Virus record (IMG/VR): IMGVR_UViG_3300044695_002920
Span: 1-57,808 of that record
Origin: a virus
Taxonomy: Duplodnaviria > Caudoviricetes
Strand: one strand, 5' to 3'
Length of the DNA: 57,808 nt
The notes under the pieces were generated by a model. That model was not told the DNA's origin and made no database searches. It saw only the letters and a program-made list of their open reading frames with translations. The translations under genes and the position numbers were made by a program. Of the stretch, positions 8,371 through 17,826 are shown in pieces; position 1 is the stretch's first letter; every line of letters starts with the position of its first letter.

Positions 8371-9356
8371 CAGCGTGTGTACATCGAAATGTTGGGCAGG
8401 ATCATCATCGGGCTGTTGTCCCGCTCTTCCTGCTGCGCGAAGTAGAGGCTCTCCTTGGCCTTCTGGTCGAGCATGCCAATCATGTTGGCGTCGACCTCGA
8501 TATACTCCATGGCGAGGCGCGCGGCGAGCATGGCCACAATGGCCTCGTACCAGCGCTGCGGAACCTCGATCTCCTGCGTCATGGTGCCGACGTCCATGAT
8601 ATGCCGCTGGCACCACACGACCACCTGCTTGACCTCGGCCTCCTCGTTCGGCACCGGCCAGAGGTTCATGACGGGCGACAGGCTCTGGCGATCCAGCCAG
8701 TACTGCAGCGGCCGGTTGGACAGGAAGGCCTTGTTGGGCAGGTTGGTGTAGTCGTCGCGGCTGAGACGCGCGAGGGGTATCTCGCTGGGCGTGTTGCCGG
8801 TGTAGATGGTCTCGTAGGACAGGGTGCCGGTCGTGGCCAATATGCGGAAATATCGCGAGGCGACAACGGTGTTCATGTCGAACCACGTCCACTCTCCGGC
8901 AGCGGCGGCTTGGTCCTCGGTCTGCACCGTGACCCACGTCGTCCCGTCGTCACTGCGCTGTACGGCGATCGGCACGGACGCGGCAGACCACTTGATGCCG
9001 AATGTCGAGATAATGGTCGGGGTGGTGTAGTCGACCGAGTAATACTGGGCCCCAGTGGCCACGGTGCCGGTAGCAGACTGCAGGGTGCGCAGGTTGCTGT
9101 TCAGGATGTCGACAGTGCCCTCATAGGTGATGATCTGCGCCTGCCCGTCGTAGATGGGGTAGATGTTCTTCTGCACGCACCAAAGCTGGATGCCACGGTT
9201 CGACAGGTCAGACAGCAGCAAAAACAACTGGTCATTGGCGATGTCGACATGCTCAGGCGTCAGGGACTGCGCAGGCAGTTTGCAGCGACGCGCGGCGTTT
9301 TCTATAACGCGACGCGTGTTGAACGTGGTCTGAGAAACTGTTCCAGAATATGCCAT
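8370..9356 (-). CDS. Head-tail adaptor-like protein with inserted discoidin (F5/8 type C)-like domain
   Basis: Helical N-/C-termini (LSDLSNRGIQLW; RPLQYWLDR; VPQRWYEAI) flank VQRSDDGTTW...SRYFRI. Confidence 0.6.
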   Translation of the reverse strand: MAYSGTVSQTTFNTRRVIENAARRCKLPAQSLTPEHVDIANDQLFLLLSDLSNRGIQLWCVQKNIYPIYDGQAQIITYEGTVDILNSNLRTLQSATGTVATGAQYYSVDYTTPTIISTFGIKWSAASVPIAVQRSDDGTTWVTVQTEDQAAAAGEWTWFDMNTVVASRYFRILATTGTLSYETIYTGNTPSEIPLARLSRDDYTNLPNKAFLSNRPLQYWLDRQSLSPVMNLWPVPNEEAEVKQVVVWCQRHIMDVGTMTQEIEVPQRWYEAIVAMLAARLAMEYIEVDANMIGMLDQKAKESLYFAQQEERDNSPMMILPNISMYTR

Positions 9357-9418
9357 CGGATCCGCTCGCTAAGGAAGCGCAGCAGCTCGCCACACGGGGC
9401 AAGCATTTCTAACCGCGC

Positions 9419-9447
9419 TGAGATATCAAAAAAGGCGAGCCTTGTAA
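9419..9447 (-). promoter_or_regulatory. Putative sigma70-type promoter for the 9356 operon
   Basis: Minus strand TTTACA-N17-TATCTC in a ~100-bp intergenic gap. Confidence 0.35.
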
Positions 9448-9453
9448 ACAATA

Positions 9454-11826
9454 CTAGGCCGCCGGTGGTCGGCGTGTGCTATTCGGCGGCATTGGCAGCC
9501 GCGAGGGTTCGGGTATCGTCATGCTCTGCCGCAACCGCGTAGGCACCTGCATGGGATCGCGTGCGTCCTCGATAACCTGCATGGGATCGCGCGGTGTTTC
9601 GGCTATCGCGGGCATCGGCTGCCGCGAACCGGCAGGCTTGAAGTCCGGCGGCGGGAAGGCGATGACATACGGCGAGTAGAAGCTCGACGTATTGACCAGC
9701 AATTCCGGCACGAGGATCGGCGGGAATATTATCGCCGTGACTGGGTAGAAACTATTGCTGTTGTCTAGCCGCGCGGGGCTCAGGGTGTTGAGGTTCTGCG
9801 CCGTGGGCAGATAGATGTCGTTCGCGTTGTCGAAGCGCGCGTTCTGGGTGAGCGTGACCGCGCCGGGCACCACAGTGGCGGCGTAGAAGCTATTGCTGTT
9901 GTCGAAGCGCGCAGGCGCGAGCGTCGTCGATGACGTGACTGCGGCCGCGTAGAAGCTGTTGCTGTTCGTGAACAGGCCCGGAAGGATCGTCCAGATCGAC
10001 GTGACCGTGACGGTATAGAAGGTGTTACTGTTGTCGAACCGCGCTGGGTTCAGCGTAACCTCGCCGGGCGTCAGCGTGGCGGTGTAGAACGTGTTGATGT
10101 TCTGCAGCGACAGGCCGATGTAGCCCGCGTCCACGTACCCGTCGTCGACGTACGGGCCGAGGTATATGCCGTAGGTGGTAGTGGCGGGGTAGAACGTGTT
10201 GGTGTTCGTGTACAGCGCAGGGGCCAGCGTCTGGGTCTGCGACACCGTCGGCGTGTAGAACGTGTTGGTATTGTCGTACCGAGCGGGTGCGAGCGCGTTG
10301 CTCGAAGATACGCTAGCCGCGTAAAAGTCGTTGTTGTTCGCATATAGGGGCGGCTGCAGCGTAACGGTGCCAGCCACAACCGTCGTAGCGTAAAAGTCAT
10401 TAGTGTTGTCGTAGCGCGCTGGGGTTAAGGTTACCGTACCTGTGGTAATCGTGGCAGTGTAAAAGTCGTTTGTGTTGTCATAGCGCGCTGGGGTCAGCGT
10501 GTTGTTTGTGGATACGCTAGCTGCGTAGAAGTCGTTGGTGTTCGTGTATAGGTTCGGCGCGATTACCGTCGTGTCTGCGGTTACAAGCGGACTGTAAAAT
10601 ACGTTAGTGTTGTCGTAGCGGTCAGGCGTAAGGGTGACGGTGCCAGCCGTGACCGTAGCTGCGTAGAACGTGTTGCCGTTGTCGTAGCGCGCAGGGGTAA
10701 GTGTGTTCGACGTCGAGACGGTCGCTGCGTAAAAGGTGTTGCTGTTCGTGTACAGCGCAGGTGTGAGCGTCTGTGGCGCGGCAGACTGAGTGACCGTAGC
10801 TGCATAGAACGTGTTGCTGTTATCGTAACGATTTGGAGTGAGCGTTACCGCGCCCCGAGTGACCGTCGCAGCGTAGAACGTATTGCTGTTGTCGTAACGT
10901 GCAGGTGTGAGCGTAACCGTGCCGCGAGTGACCGTAGCTGCAAAGAAGCTGTTGGTGTTTGTGTACAGCGCAGGCGTCAGGGTCTGTGTCGGCGCAACTT
11001 GGGTGACCGTCGCGGTATAGAACGTATTGGTGTTGTCGTAACGAGCGGTCTGGGTCAGGGTCTGATTAGCGGGGGGTATTTCGCGTATCCGCGCCAAGAC
11101 AATAGGGCCGCGCACGTTAGTGACAGTGCCTGTCGCCGTCGTGTTTACGGTCGGCGCAGCCGTGCTGGAGCCTGCCGTCGCCAAGGAGTACGCGCTGTAG
11201 CCACCGATGTCTAACCCAACGGCGCTGTCGGGTTCATTAAGCTCAACGGCTGCGGCGAATGTCGTGCCTGTCGCGGTGACGCTCCGCGCACTGAACTGCG
11301 AGGGCGTCGTGACGTCTGTCGGGATACACATCGCCCAAAGAGCAAGGTCGCCGCTTTGAAAGGCTGTAGCAGTCGCGCCGTTAGTTAACGCTACAGCGAA
11401 GGACGTGTTGGCCGTTGGCGCAGTGGTGCGCTGCCCGTCAGCAGAACCTGTTGTTACCGTCGCACCTGCGGCGTACGAAACGCGGACCATGAAGCCCCAC
11501 GAAACGTCGTTGTCCCCACCAAGATCGACTGTTTGGTTGCCCGTCTCCGTACCCGTTACGGTGGTTTTGCGGAACAGGAATAGGCTTGTGTTACCTGTGT
11601 CCGTGCCGAGGGTAGTGCCGTAGCCGCCAGCGTTTAATAGGCTGTCCACCAAGGTCCAACCCGCTGGCGTGGTAACCGCGCCAGCGTTTTCCCTGTCGGG
11701 CTTCTGCCCAACAAACATGAATATAGCAGTGTTAGCTGTAAGTCCGGTAGGATACGGTACGTTTACACTCGCGCCGCCTGCCGCCGAATAGGCTGTTGTG
11801 CCTACTACTGGTGTACCTAAAGCCAT
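9454..11826 (-). CDS. Virion fibre/appendage protein with ~20 tandem 22-25-aa repeats
   Basis: TLTPARYDNxNxFYxATVT repeats follow a ~250-aa beta-rich N-terminal domain. Confidence 0.75.
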   Translation of the reverse strand: MALGTPVVGTTAYSAAGGASVNVPYPTGLTANTAIFMFVGQKPDRENAGAVTTPAGWTLVDSLLNAGGYGTTLGTDTGNTSLFLFRKTTVTGTETGNQTVDLGGDNDVSWGFMVRVSYAAGATVTTGSADGQRTTAPTANTSFAVALTNGATATAFQSGDLALWAMCIPTDVTTPSQFSARSVTATGTTFAAAVELNEPDSAVGLDIGGYSAYSLATAGSSTAAPTVNTTATGTVTNVRGPIVLARIREIPPANQTLTQTARYDNTNTFYTATVTQVAPTQTLTPALYTNTNSFFAATVTRGTVTLTPARYDNSNTFYAATVTRGAVTLTPNRYDNSNTFYAATVTQSAAPQTLTPALYTNSNTFYAATVSTSNTLTPARYDNGNTFYAATVTAGTVTLTPDRYDNTNVFYSPLVTADTTVIAPNLYTNTNDFYAASVSTNNTLTPARYDNTNDFYTATITTGTVTLTPARYDNTNDFYATTVVAGTVTLQPPLYANNNDFYAASVSSSNALAPARYDNTNTFYTPTVSQTQTLAPALYTNTNTFYPATTTYGIYLGPYVDDGYVDAGYIGLSLQNINTFYTATLTPGEVTLNPARFDNSNTFYTVTVTSIWTILPGLFTNSNSFYAAAVTSSTTLAPARFDNSNSFYAATVVPGAVTLTQNARFDNANDIYLPTAQNLNTLSPARLDNSNSFYPVTAIIFPPILVPELLVNTSSFYSPYVIAFPPPDFKPAGSRQPMPAIAETPRDPMQVIEDARDPMQVPTRLRQSMTIPEPSRLPMPPNSTRRPPAA

Positions 11827-11839
11827 GAGTTAGGCCCTC

Positions 11840-12445
11840 CTACGGGTAGGGTGGGAGGTACGACGGAAGTCCGAATTTGTTGACTTGGTAGTAGAAGTCC
11901 ACGCCAAAGAGGAATACGTCGTCGGGGAACGTGTCCTCCACTGCGTCGCCGTCGCGGAATATGCGCATAAGGAAACGCGTGTTTGCAGCAAGCAGAGTGC
12001 CGTCAAACGGTGGGCTTATAACCTGCGCATGCTTGTACGCGGTGCCGTCAACAGCGCCTATGATGTACGAGGTTGTGGTGGCTCCGAAAACGCCTCCGAC
12101 AGGGGCGTACGTGTATTCTATGCCCCACTTGACGTTCCCTGTCGAGGTCGTGTTACCCGGCGCGTAGTGGAGAGCGAGATAGATGTCCGTGCCTGCGCTC
12201 CATTCGAAGGGGACGTCCCAGTTGGCGAAACTCTCCTCCATGACGGTGGGCTCGTACGCGTACTCCGACACACCACCCCTGAACGTCTTCAATTCGGCGG
12301 CGTTACCAGACCCAGAGCGCACGCTCGGCTCCGTCCCATCCATCACCCACGCCTCATCAGTCCGCGCAGCAAGGTCCGCGAAGTTGCCGTCCATCTCACC
12401 GTAAGTGAGAGGACGACCGAGAGTAGAGCGATATAAGATAGGCAT
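11840..12445 (-). CDS. Putative structural protein (fibre-associated)
   Basis: N-terminal RPLTYGEMDGNF motif typical of fibre attachment segments; beta-rich body. Confidence 0.55.
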   Translation of the reverse strand: MPILYRSTLGRPLTYGEMDGNFADLAARTDEAWVMDGTEPSVRSGSGNAAELKTFRGGVSEYAYEPTVMEESFANWDVPFEWSAGTDIYLALHYAPGNTTSTGNVKWGIEYTYAPVGGVFGATTTSYIIGAVDGTAYKHAQVISPPFDGTLLAANTRFLMRIFRDGDAVEDTFPDDVFLFGVDFYYQVNKFGLPSYLPPYP

Positions 12446-12459
12446 TTAAGCCACCTATA

Positions 12460-12864
12460 TTAGAGGGCGAAGATACCCGACGCGTTCCACGTGATGGCGA
12501 TGTTACCACCGTTTGGTGTTACTGGCAGGCCGGTGACGCTGCTGTCGATGTACGCAACAAGCGGCGAGGTGCCAGCGGTGCCCGTGTCGATGTAGATGAT
12601 GAGAGCTTCGACCGAGTTACCAGTGACCGTAGTGAAAGTGACATCCGCGCCATCAAACACGCCGTTGGTAAAGGTCTTGCTGCCGATAACCTGCGGGGTG
12701 CCTACCACAGCGGAGGAAGCCGAGGACCAAAATTGGTGCGCAGCGCTGTAGGTGTACACGCCGGTGTCGATGAGGGCGACGTTAACGGTGCCAGTCGAAA
12801 GGTTGTTGTTTGCCGCAAACTGGAGAATGCTCTGCTTCCAGAGCGGGTAAAGTGCGTTGGCCAT
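12460..12864 (-). CDS. Putative virion structural protein
   Basis: 134-aa beta-rich ORF in the head/neck operon with AGGA SD. Confidence 0.65.
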   Translation of the reverse strand: MANALYPLWKQSILQFAANNNLSTGTVNVALIDTGVYTYSAAHQFWSSASSAVVGTPQVIGSKTFTNGVFDGADVTFTTVTGNSVEALIIYIDTGTAGTSPLVAYIDSSVTGLPVTPNGGNIAITWNASGIFAL

Positions 12865-12876
12865 GGGTGTTGTCCT

Positions 12877-13347
12877 TTACTTCTTTTTGGGCATGCAGGC
12901 GAGACCGCCTGCCTTGCGTTCAATCATGGGCTTGCCGCGATGCGCGGGCACGGCTTTGTTCGCGCGCTTGGCTGCCATGATCATCGCGTCGATAACGCCG
13001 ATACCCTTCTTCGGGGGCACGGGGCTGTTGTCTACTGGCACGGTGTCCATGCGCATGCGGCGGCCTTTGGCGTCGACGGGGCGGGTCGAGATGCCCTCCT
13101 CAATCATACCACCACGGGCCTTCTTCACGGGCTTCTTGCCAGCCTCGCTCAGGGCGATTGCCATGGCCTGTTTCTTGCTCGTCACCTCGGGGCCCTTCTT
13201 CGAGCCGCTGTGCAGCTCGCCCCGCTTGAACTCGCCCATGACCTTCGAGATCTTTGCCGCGCCTTTGACGCTGCCGCCACTCTTGTACCCTTCGCAAGAT
13301 CCACCTTTCATGTACTGCACGCGGGTGCTGTTCTTGAAACCGTCCAT
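12877..13347 (-). CDS. Basic head-internal protein (DUF6496-like)
   Basis: KVMGEFKRGELHSG...KQAMAIALSEA; several K/A-x-GG motifs. Confidence 0.65.
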   Translation of the reverse strand: MDGFKNSTRVQYMKGGSCEGYKSGGSVKGAAKISKVMGEFKRGELHSGSKKGPEVTSKKQAMAIALSEAGKKPVKKARGGMIEEGISTRPVDAKGRRMRMDTVPVDNSPVPPKKGIGVIDAMIMAAKRANKAVPAHRGKPMIERKAGGLACMPKKK

Positions 13348-13348
13348 G

Positions 13349-13516
13349 TCACTTACCTTTCTTGCGGGCCGCAGCCATATTGTCGATTAAATTCGGATAG
13401 GGTCGCCCAGCGGCGGCTGCGCGACGCTTTGCGGCGGCCTTACGCTTGACGGATAGATCCTTGGGCTTGCCCAGATCCTTGGGGCGCTTCTTGTCCCAGA
13501 CGGCCAGTTTCTTCAT
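13349..13516 (-). CDS. Small basic protein (55 aa)
   Basis: Hand translation MKKLAVWDKKRPK...AGRPYPNLIDNMAAARKKGK; fills the gap between neighbouring genes. Confidence 0.75.
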   Translation of the reverse strand: MKKLAVWDKKRPKDLGKPKDLSVKRKAAAKRRAAAAGRPYPNLIDNMAAARKKGK

Positions 13517-13517
13517 G

Positions 13518-13793
13518 TCAGCAGTCCCACTTGCGCAGCGACAGCGCCTTGCGCGTCGGTCGGCCCTTGTCGTCCTTCATCGGCCCCGGCATGCCTGACA
13601 TACGTGCGCAGAAGCTCTTGCGCCGTCCTGCGGCCTTGGGTGACTTCTTCGCCTGCTTGGCGCTGACGGGCGGCTTGATGTCGTGGCCCTGAGCGCGCAG
13701 CGAGGCGCGGCCCTTGGCATTGAGCCCGCCTTCGGGGTTCTGGCCCTCCTTACGCGTCCACGCGCCACGCTTGACGGAGAGGTCGCCCACCAT
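13518..13793 (-). CDS. Small basic protein (DUF6321-like, 91 aa)
   Basis: AWTRKEGQNPEGGLNAKGRAS...RRKSFCARM...SLRKWDC; TGATG coupling at 13793. Confidence 0.75.
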   Translation of the reverse strand: MVGDLSVKRGAWTRKEGQNPEGGLNAKGRASLRAQGHDIKPPVSAKQAKKSPKAAGRRKSFCARMSGMPGPMKDDKGRPTRKALSLRKWDC

Positions 13794-14200
13794 CAATCCG
13801 CGTAGGATTTCACCATCTCGAGGATGATGGTGTATGTGTCGCCAGCACTTGCGGCAACGGTGGAGAACTGAACGTCGCCGTTCTTGCCTGCGCCTGCATC
13901 GTTCCACAGACCGCCGAACTGCGTGAAATCCATTGAGTATATGGCGTTCTGCGGGATTGCTGCAATCAAGACGTCCGTGGTGGCGTCCCAAAACATCTCT
14001 AATTCCAGCCCTCGGGTAAACGCGTGTATCTTAACGATAGTGACGCCGTCGCAAGGCCGGTTAAAAGCATTGGGAGTGAGTGTCGATACATCGACCTTGG
14101 TCACCTTGGTCTCGCCGGTGCCGTCGGAGATGTTCGTAAATTTCATGATGGCCATACGCTCGCCATCGAACAGGGTCTGAGTTGCTACTGCATCGGCCAT
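13793..14200 (-). CDS. Putative structural protein
   Basis: 135-aa ORF downstream of the capsid genes. Confidence 0.65.
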   Translation of the reverse strand: MADAVATQTLFDGERMAIMKFTNISDGTGETKVTKVDVSTLTPNAFNRPCDGVTIVKIHAFTRGLELEMFWDATTDVLIAAIPQNAIYSMDFTQFGGLWNDAGAGKNGDVQFSTVAASAGDTYTIILEMVKSYAD

Positions 14201-14214
14201 CGATAAATCCTTAG

Positions 14215-14257
14215 AAAATGCGACGGGCAGCAGGGACTTCCGATCTGCTACCCGCGC
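14215..14257 (-). terminator. Putative intrinsic terminator/attenuator hairpin
   Basis: Minus strand GCGCGGGTAGCAG...CTGCTGCCCGTCGC followed by ATTTT. Confidence 0.45.
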
Positions 14258-14280
14258 ACCTTATACCATCGCGTTAGCGA

Positions 14281-14724
14281 TTAGTCATCAGCCGTCGTCT
14301 GGACGTACAGCATGGTGACGCGCACCTGACCCGCAGTCGGCTGACCGACCGAGGTGACAGTGGCGACAACAGTGCGGTTCGTGCCGACGTCGTCCATGGC
14401 AGCGAGCTGAGCGGCGCTGAACGCATTCGGGCGGCGAGCCGCCGTCTTGGCGTTGATTGCGCTCAGGTACTGCGTACCGCCCGAGGCCGTGCCAGCCGAC
14501 AGCGTCGCCGAGGTGGCGCTGTCGTATGCCGTCAGGACGTCGACGTAGAAGTCAACGATCTGCGAGCCTGCGGGAATGTTGAACGTGGCATTCTGGACCA
14601 GCGTGGCATCGAAGTTGATGAGCGCAGTCTGGCTGAGAGCGACGAGGCCGATATTCGGACCACCGCTTTCGCCAGCGTTGCGATCACCCGATGCGAGCGG
14701 GCCACTCCAAGTTGTCTGCGACAT
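14281..14724 (-). CDS. Putative capsid decoration/minor capsid protein
   Basis: 147-aa beta-rich ORF directly after the major capsid gene. Confidence 0.6.
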   Translation of the reverse strand: MSQTTWSGPLASGDRNAGESGGPNIGLVALSQTALINFDATLVQNATFNIPAGSQIVDFYVDVLTAYDSATSATLSAGTASGGTQYLSAINAKTAARRPNAFSAAQLAAMDDVGTNRTVVATVTSVGQPTAGQVRVTMLYVQTTADD

Positions 14725-14740
14725 CTTCGTTTCCTTTTCA

Positions 14741-14767
14741 GAAAAGAGGTGGGGGCCGAAGCCCCCA
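14741..14767 (-). terminator. Rho-independent terminator after the major capsid gene
   Basis: TGGGGGC-TTCG-GCCCCCA then CCTCTTTTC on the minus strand (cUUCGg tetraloop). Confidence 0.8.
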
Positions 14768-14773
14768 GCTCAA

Positions 14774-15691
14774 TTAGATGCCAGCCGTGCCGTACACGCC
14801 GCGCGGGTCGGTCCAGCCGAACGCGTAACGCTCGGTGGCCTTGTAGCGCATGCTGTCGGTTTCGAAGTCACCTTCCATCGACTTTTCAAGACCGCGACGC
14901 ATCGCCAGCTTCATGCCTTCCGGCGCGTCAGTCTGGATCCACCATGCGGTGGTCGAGGTGATACGCGACAGGTTGGCTTGGCCGTCGGCGAGTAGACCCA
15001 TCGAATTAACAGGGTTGACGTCGTTATTTGCCGTTCCTGCACGCAGTGCAGACTTCAGCAAAACTTCGGCTTGGAAGACGTTCGAAGGACCAGTGACGAT
15101 CTTCTTCGGCGTCAGACGGATGCGCTTGCCGTTGTTGTCAACAGCGTTGCGGATCTGGATCAGCAACTGCTCGAGCGAGGTCTGCGACAGGTTTGCGGCC
15201 GTCGAGAGCTGGTTCGAGAAAGTGCCGGTCGCGATCGGGTGCGCCGTGTTGACGAGGCTGACGCCGTCGCCGCCGACAAACGCGCCGCCGGTGAACGCAC
15301 GGTTCAGAATGTTGGCACCGAGGGTTTCCTTGGTTTCAACAAGCGACTGAGCGAGGTGGCGAGCGTAGGTCTGGCCGATACGGATGTGGTCACCGTCTTC
15401 AACCAGAACCTTCGTCAGAGCGAAGGCGAGGCCGTAGACCTGATAGACGTAGCGCTGAATGAACAGCACGCCGCCCGACTGGTAGGTGACCGGCATGCCA
15501 TCGGGCAGTTCCGGTGCAGCGCCGAAGCCGAACAGCACGGGCTCTTCGTGGTAGTTCCGGGGGATGCCCTTGAACTCTTTGAAGACCTGCGACCATTCAT
15601 CGGCACGCTGGTTGTAAACGCCGTCGAACTCTTCGTTCAGGATCGGCTCGACGATTGAGCGGAAGTCAGTACTCCGCATTGGGGTAGCCAT
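14774..15691 (-). CDS. Major capsid protein
   Basis: 305 aa; position after scaffold; strong SD and downstream terminator; ends RYKATERYAFGWTDPRG. Confidence 0.85.
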   Translation of the reverse strand: MATPMRSTDFRSIVEPILNEEFDGVYNQRADEWSQVFKEFKGIPRNYHEEPVLFGFGAAPELPDGMPVTYQSGGVLFIQRYVYQVYGLAFALTKVLVEDGDHIRIGQTYARHLAQSLVETKETLGANILNRAFTGGAFVGGDGVSLVNTAHPIATGTFSNQLSTAANLSQTSLEQLLIQIRNAVDNNGKRIRLTPKKIVTGPSNVFQAEVLLKSALRAGTANNDVNPVNSMGLLADGQANLSRITSTTAWWIQTDAPEGMKLAMRRGLEKSMEGDFETDSMRYKATERYAFGWTDPRGVYGTAGI

Positions 15692-15704
15692 GTGTCAGCC
15701 CTCC

Positions 15705-16271
15705 TTAGTACGCGACGCGGTCAGCGACGTTCTGGTGCTCAGCAACCTGAACCTGAACGATCGTGAAGTTATCACCAAACGCATTGTCTGGGCCGGGGGC
15801 CACGTCGATAATGCGCAATGCTGCGTTGGCGCTGTCAGTCAGCGTGGCAGTGTCCAACATCAGAGCCGACAGACCAGTGACGGTCGAGCCTGCGGTGATG
15901 GTGGTGTAGTCTGCCTGCTTGCCGATGTCGGTCACTGCGATCGAGCCATTCGCCTGAATTTCATAGACGATGGTCGGGTCGAGAGTGACATAGGCAACGA
16001 TGTTGCTGGCGGCAGTGGACGCAGTCCACTTGTTGCTCACGCGACGGCGGCCATCGCTGTCGGTGAACTCAACACCCTGAAAGGTGCCGATGAACCGGTC
16101 GCCAATCGCGGCAGCTTGGATGGTGCCATCCGTGCCGATTTTGACGGGCTGGTTCTGCAGAATGTTTGCGCCATACGCCGATGCAATCGTGTAAGCGGTG
16201 GGGCGAACCACACCGCTCGGCGAGTATGCAGGGCGAAGGCCAAACGGCTGAGATACAGTGCTCATGTCCAT
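15705..16271 (-). CDS. Capsid cement/decoration protein
   Basis: PFGLRP N-terminus; beta-rich; immediately upstream of the capsid gene. Confidence 0.6.
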   Translation of the reverse strand: MDMSTVSQPFGLRPAYSPSGVVRPTAYTIASAYGANILQNQPVKIGTDGTIQAAAIGDRFIGTFQGVEFTDSDGRRRVSNKWTASTAASNIVAYVTLDPTIVYEIQANGSIAVTDIGKQADYTTITAGSTVTGLSALMLDTATLTDSANAALRIIDVAPGPDNAFGDNFTIVQVQVAEHQNVADRVAY

Positions 16272-16302
16272 TTACCTCAAAATTGAGTTGCGTGATGACG
16301 CG

Positions 16303-16857
16303 TCAGGAAAAAGTTACCCTCTGCGTCGAGTGCGAACGCAAGTCCTGCATCCCGTCATCCTCGATCAACCTTGCACCGGCTCGTTCCGCTTGCTCGCGGA
16401 GCATGTCCGCGACGTCAGCGATCTTGTCCTCTTCGCGCTTCGGAGCGTCGTAGTGAGCTTCCTTCATGAACCTGTGGTACAGGCTCAGGGGCAGCTTAAA
16501 CGCGAGCATCTCGTTCACACCGATGAAGCCGACCCATTCGCCAGTCTTCATTGAGGCATATTCCATTCCCGGAACCTCTTCCGGCTTCACGGGCTCGTAT
16601 CCGAGCTGCATGCGCCGATGGATGGGGTCGCGCGGGTTTGTAGTGGTGAGCCAGCACAGATGATAGCCCGGTATTTCCGGCAGGTCAGGCAGTGCGTCGT
16701 TAAACAGTTGGTTTCGGAACATCTCCAAGCGATCATCCTCAGATACATCGCGGTTTTCGGTAACCTCTCGGTTTTCCTGTCCGCGCGTCTCTCGTCGACC
16801 GACTACGTCAAAGTCCGGCGCTTTTTTCAGGCGGTTGTCTTCAGTACCATTCGTCAT
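16303..16857 (-). CDS. Conserved head-module hypothetical protein
   Basis: 184 aa between scaffold and capsid; PGYHLCW...GYEPV. Confidence 0.7.
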   Translation of the reverse strand: MTNGTEDNRLKKAPDFDVVGRRETRGQENREVTENRDVSEDDRLEMFRNQLFNDALPDLPEIPGYHLCWLTTTNPRDPIHRRMQLGYEPVKPEEVPGMEYASMKTGEWVGFIGVNEMLAFKLPLSLYHRFMKEAHYDAPKREEDKIADVADMLREQAERAGARLIEDDGMQDLRSHSTQRVTFS

Positions 16858-16874
16858 GTTGTCTCACTCCTTTT

Positions 16875-17798
16875 TCAGCGAGCCGAACTGTCGTAGGCCT
16901 TGTACGCCTTTAAATAGCGTTGGCGCTGTGCAGGGTCATCCCATACGCCAGCGTCGATCATAGCCTGTTTCCGTTCGGGTGTCACGTATATTTCGTTTTT
17001 AGTGCTGCGCGGTGCATGCTCACGGGTTTTGCCCATGGGCGGACCACGCCGTTTCGGTTTGGTAGTCGCGGTTTCTTCGCCACTTTCAAGGGCCTCGGCG
17101 ACGCGCGCCGTAAGCTCTTCCCAGTACTCGCGCGCGGCGGGGTTGTACCCGTCTCGCACCAGTTCTGCGTCAATCGCCTTGGTCACGGCGCTGTCGCGGT
17201 CGCGGCCACTGGGGTCGTACCACGGGTTGGCTGACATCCACTCCTTGGCGTAGTTGACCACGTTCGGGTCGACCCGCGGCGTGGCTGCCTGTCGCTGCGC
17301 AGCCTCAAACTGCTGCTTAGCACCCATGAGCTGCTGAGCCTCGGCCATCGCCTGATCGCGGATGCGCATGGCCGCCACGACGTCCTCGCCATTGCCCGCC
17401 TCAGTCGCCTTGGCGATGAAGTGTTCAGCCTGCTGGATGTCGCGCTGCGCCTTGGCGATGCGGCCCTCAAGCGTCTTGGCGTTGGTGTTGACCGCGTGCC
17501 CTTCGACTGCGGAGAGGCGGCGAAGCATCTCCTCATTCTGCTGCTTGAGCATGCGGATCTGCCGCTCGGCGTCATCACGCGCCTTGCGTACACGATCGCG
17601 GCGGCGTTCGCGGCGTCGGCGGTTACCGGCCGTCACCTCTTCTTCGCTGTCGTCCTCGCTGGTGGCGAGGCGCTCGTCCTCCTCGTCATCGTCATCAGTG
17701 TCCGCGTCGTCGGCGGCCTGATCCTCGTCCCCTTCGGGCTGAGTATCGACGGGGACCAGCTCCTCGTCTTCGTTATCGGTAATCGTATTGTCGGTCAT
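16875..17798 (-). CDS. Head scaffolding protein
   Basis: Acidic N-terminus, long coiled coil, W...NPWY motif; position between portal and capsid. Confidence 0.7.
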   Translation of the reverse strand: MTDNTITDNEDEELVPVDTQPEGDEDQAADDADTDDDDEEDERLATSEDDSEEEVTAGNRRRRERRRDRVRKARDDAERQIRMLKQQNEEMLRRLSAVEGHAVNTNAKTLEGRIAKAQRDIQQAEHFIAKATEAGNGEDVVAAMRIRDQAMAEAQQLMGAKQQFEAAQRQAATPRVDPNVVNYAKEWMSANPWYDPSGRDRDSAVTKAIDAELVRDGYNPAAREYWEELTARVAEALESGEETATTKPKRRGPPMGKTREHAPRSTKNEIYVTPERKQAMIDAGVWDDPAQRQRYLKAYKAYDSSAR

Positions 17799-17826
17799 AA
17801 CCGGCTCCCTATTGTAGCCTTATCGA

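Noticed and set aside
8371-8937. N-terminal extension of ORF 8065..8937
   Set aside because: It overlaps the adaptor gene out of frame; the coupled start is at 8370.
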